IMG/VR virus record: IMGVR_UViG_3300025000_000053 | Coordinates: 185,854-249,853 of that record | Strand: one strand, 5' to 3' | Length of the DNA: 64,000 nt | Part shown: one piece after another, positions 32,278 to 40,554 of the stretch | How the letters are laid out: each line of letters begins with the position of its first letter | Position numbering within the stretch: position 1 is the first letter of the stretch | Translations under genes and position numbers: made by a program | The notes under the pieces: generated by a model | Database searches by the model: none | The model's input: the letters and a program-made list of their open reading frames with translations, nothing else | Told to the model about the DNA's origin: nothing

Positions 32278-32742
32278 TTAAAGTTTACGGACTATACGAA
32301 TTAACTGTTTAATTAATTCACACTGTTCTATATCAAATTTTTTTTGCTCTGAATCTAATTTTTTATCTTTTTTTGTTTCTTCTATTTGTTTATTTATTAT
32401 ATCAATATCAAATTTATTATCTTTGTTGATATAATCTAAATTTACTGCACCGATGAAATGTTTTATAGCTATCTTTAAGTTATATCTGGTTAAAAGACCA
32501 TAAAATAAATGTTTTAACCTATTTCTTTCTTCTTCGTCAACTTCTAGATTGTTATTATTTTCTTCTATAAATCTAATAGCATCTCTAATTGTCATAGTTA
32601 AAAAACTATCTTCTGCATTTACAAAGTCATTAAATGTTTCTACTAAAAACTCATTTTCATCAAAAAAACCATCTATTTGTTTTTCAGCATTTATTAAATC
32701 CTTTTCAAATAATCTTACATTAACATCAATAATATTACTCAT
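32278..32742 (-). CDS. Paralog family member (early)
   Basis: MSNIIDVN..LFYGLLTRYNLKIAIKHFI; early motif at 32773. Confidence 0.6.
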   Translation of the reverse strand: MSNIIDVNVRLFEKDLINAEKQIDGFFDENEFLVETFNDFVNAEDSFLTMTIRDAIRFIEENNNNLEVDEEERNRLKHLFYGLLTRYNLKIAIKHFIGAVNLDYINKDNKFDIDIINKQIEETKKDKKLDSEQKKFDIEQCELIKQLIRIVRKL

Positions 32743-32831
32743 AAAATCACCCTCCTAAAATTTATTATATTAATAATATATATTTATAATAATATTAAAG
32801 AATGGATATGAATCATATCCATTCTTTATAT

Positions 32832-35800
32832 TCATTTTTTAATATTTAGACAAAATAATATATATGAATTTAAATCTAAACCATAATCGATTTCATTAGG
32901 TACAGCACTCCATACTAATAATGGATATTTTTTATTCGATTCTATTTTAGAATGTATACTCTCAATATATTGTTTCAGATGTATTAAAGAATTAAAAGGA
33001 CCATGAATTCCTAATTGTTCACCCCAAGAAGTTTCAATCCAATAAATCTTTTCATTTTTAATATAATAACATAAAGTATGATTAAAACCACCAGTATTTT
33101 CTTTTTCATTATATTCAATAAAGAATAAACAATTAGCTTTATATATCTTATTATTATTAAATAAATTACGAATAAAAATTGCTTGTTCATGTGATGAGCC
33201 ATTTTGAGATTCAATAAGTTCATCATCATTTTTTAATATAGTAAAGTCAGAATTCTTAATATTATTTCTCATAAAATTATATACATCTTCATCACCATTA
33301 AAATTAGGTAAATCAGTTAGATATAATTCAGTAACAATATTACTTTCATATTGCTTTATTATTGTTAATGTATTTTTATCAACTGCATCTTTATTATAAT
33401 TCTCTAATTTACCCCTAGTTACAAAATGAGTTTTTTTATGTTTAGCAAAGTCATACGGTTTATATAAACTAGGATGTTTATCAATCATACCATTATTAGA
33501 AGCCTTCAATATTTCAGCTACAAATTGACTACAAAAATATTCATTTTGTCTATCAGTTTCTTTACCAATAGAAATATTAAATAATCCAATAAAACTAAAT
33601 TTTAATTTGTCTTTTTTCTTTTTAAAATCTTCTAATCTATTTATCATTAATTCTTTTTGTTCTTTAGTAACAAATAATACATAGAGTGAATAAATTGTAT
33701 CTTTAGTAACATCTTTAAGTAAACCATCTTTTATATCTTCATTAATAAATGTCATATTGGAATCTTTAAATTTTCTACCAAAACTATACATATCATTCAT
33801 ACTACTATCAAAAGAGATACTTACATGACTATATACATCACCAGTAACAAATTTAATTACTTTAGCCATATTAGTACTAGTGAAAGTTAATAGAATAAAT
33901 ACTGGATATAAATTATTATTATCGTAAGATTCCTTAATAATTTCCCCTATTCTTGCCTTATAATTAATAGTTAATTCTTCACCTTTATTGATATTTTTTA
34001 TACTATAAAGATGATATTTACCATTATCATTAACTATTTTTAAATTAGGAGTATCTGAATGATTAAAATAATTATCAAAATTATTAATATCATCTTTTTT
34101 TATTGAAGTTTCACCTATTATATTATTCATATTAATATCTTTTTTAACAAATGAACCTTTAGCTAATTTACTAGTTATTATAAAAGATTCCTTAACAAAA
34201 TCTCTTTCACCTTCAAAATCAAATTGTTTATAATCTATAGTTAGTTCTTCACCTTTTTTAATTTTATTTTTAGATTTATAAAAATAAACTTTCTTTCCAT
34301 TTCTAATAGTTTGAACTAATACTAAATTAGGATTATTTGAATGATTAACAAATTGACCCGCTTTAGTTCGTTTATAATCTTTATCCGGATTATCAGTATC
34401 ATTAACTTTCTTTATAGCTAATAATTTAGTATTAGAATCAATATTTTTATTTGCAAATATACCTTTACCTGATATTTTTGAATCTTTAACATTATAGTAT
34501 GTTTCATTTATATGAATTAATTTAACACCTGTTGTATAATTATGATTTATTTTAATACCATTTTTATTTATATAGTTCATAAATTCAATAGTAGTTAAAT
34601 TATATTTATCAATTTTATATTCATATATACTAAATTTAAAAGACTCACCTTCATCTTCAAACATATTTTTCAATATAAAGTTAAATATATCTTTTAAAGA
34701 ATTTGATTCATATATCCCTTGAATTTTTTTATATGATGATTCAAAATAATAAAATTTATTATTATTTATATAAACTAAAAAAGTATGTGTTGAAGAATTT
34801 TTATTTTTTAATTCAATATAATAAGTTTTAAATTTAAAATTGAATTTTTTATTAAATATATTTCTTTCAAATTCAGTATAATCCCAACATACACCAACCT
34901 TATATTTATAAAAATCCTTTGGAGAAATAGTTTTGTATAAATTAAAAAATTCATCACCTGATAAATTATCAGCTAATATTTTTTTATCTTTAGTTAATAT
35001 ACCATATTTAAAATCATTAAGGATTTTATTTAATTCTAAAGGATTATTTATTTTAGAGATTTCATCTATATATGATTCCTTTAAAACATCTTCTATTCCA
35101 GCTTCTTTTTCCATTTTAACCAACCTAGTATAATAATCAGGGATTTCATCTAAATGGTCTTTAGCTATCATTCTAGCTTTATCTAAATTTTTAGTATGTT
35201 CCTGTTCAATTTCTATACCAATTTTTAATTGTTCAGAATCATAATCAGAATCTGGTCTTATATCATAACTAAGGTCAATAGCTTTTTCATCTTTATTTTC
35301 TTCTATAAAAGATTCTTTAATAAATTCATCAAGAGATTTAATAAACCTTATATGAGTTTTATTAACCATATCACTTTTTTGTTCTTTAAATCCATATTTT
35401 TTAGCTAATTTGATAGATATATTATTAGTCTTTTTTATATTTAGAACAATTGATGTTATATCTCTTTTAGATCGATGGCAGAATTGAATACCTTCATTCA
35501 TTAAAGCATGAGAAATACCTTTTCCACGAAATTCTTCTTTAATAAATATATTAAAGAAAGCATACCCTCTTTTAACCTTTACTTCAATAAATCCAGCATT
35601 TTTATTACCAACTTTATAAATATATCTAAAAGCTACTTTATTATAAAATTCCCTTGGTCCTAATTTTTCATTATTATCATTATCTCCTAATATTCTTAAT
35701 GCACGATGATATTCAGCTTCTATTATAATATCAACATTATTATAACTTTCAGATATTAAATACTCAATTTCTTTATTTTTTAAAAAATTTATCCACTCAT

Positions 35801-37379
35801 CTTCAACTTGTTCAATTTTTAATCCAAATATATTAAAGAAATATTTCTTCATTGTATTTAAAGAATTCATTTTTGGTAAACTATCAATAAATTCTTTTAT
35901 TTTTTTTATTAAAATTAGATTTAACTGTCCTTGACCAAGAAGATATGTTATAAATGAACCAGCTATAGAATATGAAACAATAGTTTGTAATTTACTAAAT
36001 TCATTATTATCATAAATAATATTTTCGAGTTTACTAAATCCTCGTTCCATAATTAATTTAGCATTATCGTGAATGGAATATTTTCCAAACCACCCTATAT
36101 CATTTTTATATTTTTCATCTAAAAATCTCGGCCATGAATAATACATAGCTATTCCCTCAGTCCAAAACATTCCAGAAATTTTAAACCCTTTCCAAATATT
36201 TTCTATTCCTGATATATTAAACATAGTTACAATATGTGCAACTTCATGAGTATCAGATGAATGAATACTTTGTACTACAAGTTCATGGGGAAATGCTCTA
36301 CCCTTACCTTTCATTCCAGTAAGTTGAATATAATTATGTTCTGGTAATTTGTAATATGTTATTTTTTTCCCAATAGGAAAATTCCAATTTGATGCCACTA
36401 TAGACATAAAGTTTTCTAATCGTTTAATAGCTTTTTTAATTTCATAAAAGTTTTCATCTTTTGAATATTTATATATAAAATGTTTTGATTCTTCAGTATC
36501 CCATTCGAATATTGGGTGAATGATTATATCTTTTTGTTTATACAAACTTTTTTCAGTTAATACTTCCGTATTATTATTAATATCATTAAAAGATTCCATT
36601 AAAACAAATATGGGTCTGTTATCTTCACCATTAGATTCAATATATCTATCTTTAGCTTGTTTTAAAAATTCAAATATAGAATCATAATTCTTATTAGTAA
36701 CTTTTATATAGCTAAAAGTTGTTTGACTCATTAATACCTTATCCTTTAATCTTTCTTTAACTTTATCTACTGCTTGAATTTTACCATGTTTATTTTCATT
36801 ATCCCCACCATCTTTAACCTCTATTTCTAATCCTAAAGAAGCTATAAATGCATCTGGTATATAAAATTTTTCTTCACCTTCATATTCATAATAATAAACA
36901 TGAGGTGATGGTGTCATTACATCGTCTGAATCAAATTGTAAAAATATATCTAAGAATTTTAATAAATCTAATTCATATGAACCAGTATATGTTTTTTTAG
37001 CTCCATCTGACCATATATACTCACCTGAAATTTTTCTATTAGCTAACATTTTCTTTTGTTGTTCAGGGTTACTTAATAAATGAATTTTACCATATTTACC
37101 AATCATTCTTTTTTTAAATATTTCCCTATATATATCTTTACATTTAGGATTTTCACAAAATCTTTTATACTTATTAGTTACATTACACCATTTAGTAGGT
37201 TTTTTACAAATAATACATCTACCTTTATCTTTACCTGTTTTTAAAAAATAAAAATATTGTGATGACGTAAAATTTTTAGGTATCAGTCCATTATGTTCAT
37301 CTTCAAGATGTTGATATAAATCTTCAATATGATTAAATTTATCATTACATATAGTACATTTAATCAAATTAAAACACAC
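32832..37379 (-). CDS. Multi-enzyme polyprotein: Zn-finger + TnsA/gp4-like nuclease, gluzincin, GNAT, DUF5661-like, transglutaminase-like, SET, partial SET, permuted papain (YiiX-like), second transglutaminase-like
   Basis: Motifs YIPD..IEVKD; HEVAH..TEG; FRGKG; EHTK..IAKDHL.E.PDYY; GVCWDY/THTF/YFES; NHS..PN/GEELTIDY twice; YSHVSI..YFCSQF; GSSHEQ/NHTL/YWIETSW. Late motif at 37396. Confidence 0.75.
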   Translation of the reverse strand: MCFNLIKCTICNDKFNHIEDLYQHLEDEHNGLIPKNFTSSQYFYFLKTGKDKGRCIICKKPTKWCNVTNKYKRFCENPKCKDIYREIFKKRMIGKYGKIHLLSNPEQQKKMLANRKISGEYIWSDGAKKTYTGSYELDLLKFLDIFLQFDSDDVMTPSPHVYYYEYEGEEKFYIPDAFIASLGLEIEVKDGGDNENKHGKIQAVDKVKERLKDKVLMSQTTFSYIKVTNKNYDSIFEFLKQAKDRYIESNGEDNRPIFVLMESFNDINNNTEVLTEKSLYKQKDIIIHPIFEWDTEESKHFIYKYSKDENFYEIKKAIKRLENFMSIVASNWNFPIGKKITYYKLPEHNYIQLTGMKGKGRAFPHELVVQSIHSSDTHEVAHIVTMFNISGIENIWKGFKISGMFWTEGIAMYYSWPRFLDEKYKNDIGWFGKYSIHDNAKLIMERGFSKLENIIYDNNEFSKLQTIVSYSIAGSFITYLLGQGQLNLILIKKIKEFIDSLPKMNSLNTMKKYFFNIFGLKIEQVEDEWINFLKNKEIEYLISESYNNVDIIIEAEYHRALRILGDNDNNEKLGPREFYNKVAFRYIYKVGNKNAGFIEVKVKRGYAFFNIFIKEEFRGKGISHALMNEGIQFCHRSKRDITSIVLNIKKTNNISIKLAKKYGFKEQKSDMVNKTHIRFIKSLDEFIKESFIEENKDEKAIDLSYDIRPDSDYDSEQLKIGIEIEQEHTKNLDKARMIAKDHLDEIPDYYTRLVKMEKEAGIEDVLKESYIDEISKINNPLELNKILNDFKYGILTKDKKILADNLSGDEFFNLYKTISPKDFYKYKVGVCWDYTEFERNIFNKKFNFKFKTYYIELKNKNSSTHTFLVYINNNKFYYFESSYKKIQGIYESNSLKDIFNFILKNMFEDEGESFKFSIYEYKIDKYNLTTIEFMNYINKNGIKINHNYTTGVKLIHINETYYNVKDSKISGKGIFANKNIDSNTKLLAIKKVNDTDNPDKDYKRTKAGQFVNHSNNPNLVLVQTIRNGKKVYFYKSKNKIKKGEELTIDYKQFDFEGERDFVKESFIITSKLAKGSFVKKDINMNNIIGETSIKKDDINNFDNYFNHSDTPNLKIVNDNGKYHLYSIKNINKGEELTINYKARIGEIIKESYDNNNLYPVFILLTFTSTNMAKVIKFVTGDVYSHVSISFDSSMNDMYSFGRKFKDSNMTFINEDIKDGLLKDVTKDTIYSLYVLFVTKEQKELMINRLEDFKKKKDKLKFSFIGLFNISIGKETDRQNEYFCSQFVAEILKASNNGMIDKHPSLYKPYDFAKHKKTHFVTRGKLENYNKDAVDKNTLTIIKQYESNIVTELYLTDLPNFNGDEDVYNFMRNNIKNSDFTILKNDDELIESQNGSSHEQAIFIRNLFNNNKIYKANCLFFIEYNEKENTGGFNHTLCYYIKNEKIYWIETSWGEQLGIHGPFNSLIHLKQYIESIHSKIESNKKYPLLVWSAVPNEIDYGLDLNSYILFCLNIKK

Positions 37380-37458
37380 CCTCTCATTATTCTATTATTT
37401 AAATGTTAATTATATATAAAAGATATAACTAAATAAAAAAATCAAGTAGATATAATAT

Positions 37459-37860
37459 CTACTTGATTTTTAATTTTTTCTCCTTTATGAATTCCATTAA
37501 CATAATTTGAATAGTTTTAGTTACATAACCTATTATATATTCCTTGCTATAATAATATTCTAAATTTGTCATAAAAGGTTTATTAAATGACATTATGACC
37601 GCATGAGTTAATTGATTTAAATCTTTTTCAAAATCTTTAATCATTGTCATATTTCTTAATTCATACTCTAGTTTATATTTTTCTAAGAATGTTCGTTTTA
37701 TAGTAGTATCTATGATATTCATTAAAGTATCTAAATCTTGAACATTGATATGAAGGTCATGCTTAATTTTATATAAAAAAATACTACTAGCAATAATCAA
37801 AGATGTTGTTAGAAAAAGTATAAGTGTACTTACTATGATTATAATATTGTTAATCTCCAT
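37459..37860 (-). CDS. Membrane-anchored late protein
   Basis: N-terminal TM helix; late motif at 37888-37899. Confidence 0.55.
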   Translation of the reverse strand: MEINNIIIIVSTLILFLTTSLIIASSIFLYKIKHDLHINVQDLDTLMNIIDTTIKRTFLEKYKLEYELRNMTMIKDFEKDLNQLTHAVIMSFNKPFMTNLEYYYSKEYIIGYVTKTIQIMLMEFIKEKKLKIK

Positions 37861-37958
37861 ATTAACCTCCTATTATTTATATTTTTTTAAATTATTGTTT
37901 TAAGTATATTATTAATTTACTTATAATACATTTTAGTAATAATTGTTATTATTTTGAG

Positions 37959-38390
37959 GTGATGAGAAATATGGATACTTTTAAAAAAGAACTTGATTTT
38001 GGGGTTGATAATTTTCAAAAACAAAAGGTTCTTGATAATAATCAGTCTATTGCTCAAATTATAGTTAATTTATTTTTTATGAGACCTGGAAATTTACCAA
38101 GTTTACCTCATATAGGAATTAATATACATCAATATTTATATACACTTGATGATCAAGTTGATGTCGATAAACTTAAAGAAAATATATATAAACAATGTCC
38201 TGCTTTAATTCCATATTTAAATATGGGTGAAGTAAAAGTATTTGTTGCTGAATATAAAGGCAATGGCATTTTAATGGTAGTAATTCCATTATTAACTGAT
38301 AGTAATACTTTGATAATTGGTTTTACTAAAGATAAATCCGGTGACATACTCTTCAATTATACTGTTGAAGAAGGTTTAAATAATATTTAA
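37959..38390 (+). CDS. gp25-like baseplate wedge protein
   Basis: IVNLFFMRPGNLPSLPHIGINI matches the gp25/GPW pattern. Confidence 0.65.
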   Translation: MMRNMDTFKKELDFGVDNFQKQKVLDNNQSIAQIIVNLFFMRPGNLPSLPHIGINIHQYLYTLDDQVDVDKLKENIYKQCPALIPYLNMGEVKVFVAEYKGNGILMVVIPLLTDSNTLIIGFTKDKSGDILFNYTVEEGLNNI

Positions 38391-38406
38391 GGAGGAGATT
38401 TTAGGT

Positions 38407-39909
38407 ATGGAAGAAGTTAAATTTGATAAGGCTATTGATTTAAAGGCAATTGTTAAACAGAATAAAGAAGATAATTTAGTAAAAGAAGAAGTCGATGAAA
38501 CCGAATTAACTAAGGTTATTGGAAATGATTGGTTAAAAAATATTAATTCTGAAAAAAATAATGAACCAATCATACCAGATGATTCTATTAATTTATCTAG
38601 TTCGGTTCAAACTGAAAATAATACTTATGCTGGACCAGGAATGATAATTGAAAATAGTGAAATAGCAAAAGAAAAAGACGGTGTTAAATTACAACAACCT
38701 GGTTTATCAAAAGAAACAATGAATAATTTAGATTCATATATGAAAGAATTTGAAGAGGATTTTACTAAAATTAAAGAAATAGTCGAGGAAAAAAAATCTG
38801 AACAAGAAAAAGATAATGATGAAGAAACAATAATGACTAAAGATGAATTCGATAGAGTTTATTCTGAAGCTGTTGTAGTTATTGATAAAACTGGTATGGG
38901 TACTATTATTAATTTCACTGAAGAAGAAAGACAGAAATTAGAAAGTGTGAAAAAAATTAGATTGGAAGAAATAGAAACTGTTAATCTAGAAGTTCTTAAA
39001 ACTAAAAAGAAAAAAGGTAAAGTCGATACAATTCTTAAAAAATTTGTTAATATTCACACAACGCCTATTATTGCAGTAAATTCGGGATATGCAGCTATGA
39101 TGAAAGGATGTTCAGCTTATGAATTAATGTCTATAATGGCAGATACTAAAAATCCTCTTGTAGATGCACAAACAAAATGGACATTAATCCATAGTAAAAT
39201 TGAATCAACCAGTATTGGTATATTAACATATGAAGATTTTCTAATTAAAACAGCGGCATTAGATTACAGTATGTTTATTTATGGTATTCTTTGTGCTACA
39301 TATCCTAATGATGATATGATTCCTTTAACATGTGAAAAATGTAATAAAGATTTTAAACATAAGTATTCTATTAGGTCTTTAATTAGAGCTGAGAAGATGA
39401 GTGATAAACTTAAACAAGAAGTAGCTTCTATTGTAGATGCTTCGTTTAGTTTAGACACAGCTAAATTTAAACATAATAATAGTCCTCTATCTCAAGTTAA
39501 AGCTATTAGATTACCCGATAGTAGTTTCATTGTTCAATTATATATTCAATCAGTATACGATCATATTAATAAATCTATTAAAGAATTATCTGAAAATAAA
39601 GATAGTAAATATAATCAGGCTTCTGTTTTATCATCAGTAGTAAATAAAATTCTCATTCCTGATTCTGATAATGATGAATACTTCGAATTTGATTCTGTTA
39701 CAGATATAACTAAGATTATTTATTCTTTAAGTGATACTGATATTTTAATATTGAGTAAGCAAGCTGAAAGTATTATGGATGGGTTTGAATTTGGATTGAT
39801 GAATATTACATGTCCTAATTGTAAACATCATAACAATACAGTTAATATGGAGATTGAACAAATACTTTTTCTCAAATATCAACAGGCGATGACTACCAAA
39901 ATAGAATAA
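38407..39909 (+). CDS. Baseplate hub assembly protein (T4 gp26/gp51-like)
   Basis: Acidic N-terminus; two CxxC pairs (CEKC, CPNC); follows the gp25-like gene. Confidence 0.55.
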   Translation: MEEVKFDKAIDLKAIVKQNKEDNLVKEEVDETELTKVIGNDWLKNINSEKNNEPIIPDDSINLSSSVQTENNTYAGPGMIIENSEIAKEKDGVKLQQPGLSKETMNNLDSYMKEFEEDFTKIKEIVEEKKSEQEKDNDEETIMTKDEFDRVYSEAVVVIDKTGMGTIINFTEEERQKLESVKKIRLEEIETVNLEVLKTKKKKGKVDTILKKFVNIHTTPIIAVNSGYAAMMKGCSAYELMSIMADTKNPLVDAQTKWTLIHSKIESTSIGILTYEDFLIKTAALDYSMFIYGILCATYPNDDMIPLTCEKCNKDFKHKYSIRSLIRAEKMSDKLKQEVASIVDASFSLDTAKFKHNNSPLSQVKAIRLPDSSFIVQLYIQSVYDHINKSIKELSENKDSKYNQASVLSSVVNKILIPDSDNDEYFEFDSVTDITKIIYSLSDTDILILSKQAESIMDGFEFGLMNITCPNCKHHNNTVNMEIEQILFLKYQQAMTTKIE

Positions 39910-39935
39910 ATGATTTCTATGTATTTCTTGATGAG

Positions 39936-40130
39936 ATGTTAGAATTATTTAAAGGGCAACTTGATATTGAATATATTAAATATGGTATGTCATATAAAGA
40001 AACCCTCTTATTAAGAGATACTAGAATCAAAAGGTTAAAAAAAGAAAGAGAAGAAATTGAAAAAGAAAGAGAAGCTGAAGCTGCCAAGATGAAACAACAA
40101 CAATTTCAAAAATCTTTCATGAAAAAATAA
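39936..40130 (+). CDS. Small baseplate/tail assembly protein
   Basis: Directly follows the hub-assembly gene; coiled-coil C-terminus. Confidence 0.4.
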   Translation: MLELFKGQLDIEYIKYGMSYKETLLLRDTRIKRLKKEREEIEKEREAEAAKMKQQQFQKSFMKK

Positions 40131-40173
40131 ACCCATCCTGTTGATATAAACCTTGAAAGGGGTTTATTAAGTT

Positions 40174-40554
40174 ATGTTGAATGATATTATTTCTGTATTC
40201 AATCAGCTTACTCGTAATGAGTTGGCTGATTGTTCATTATTTGAAAATATTATTAATAGACATTATGAAAAATTTAAATATTTTTACTTTATTATAGATA
40301 ATATTAGCTTAAAGAATATAATAGACATTAAATGTCAGGAAGAATCAACACGATTAAATATTTCCATCTCATTTAAAACAAAAAAAGAAAGAGATTTATT
40401 TTTTAATATATTTAATAATAAGATTAATAATAATTGTAATTTTAAATATAAAGATTATTTTATTTTCAAAATTATAAAAGATACTAAATCTATTAATGTA
40501 ACAATAGAAAATAATGATATTATAGTAGAAGAGGTGTTGTATGGATGCAAATAG
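40174..40554 (+). CDS. Hypothetical protein
   Basis: Overlaps the start of the RNAP gene. Confidence 0.5.
   Translation: MLNDIISVFNQLTRNELADCSLFENIINRHYEKFKYFYFIIDNISLKNIIDIKCQEESTRLNISISFKTKKERDLFFNIFNNKINNNCNFKYKDYFIFKIIKDTKSINVTIENNDIIVEEVLYGCK

Noticed and set aside
37459-37860. Holin assignment
   Set aside because: It has a single TM helix and a late motif but is far from the glucosaminidase and has no recognisable holin signature.
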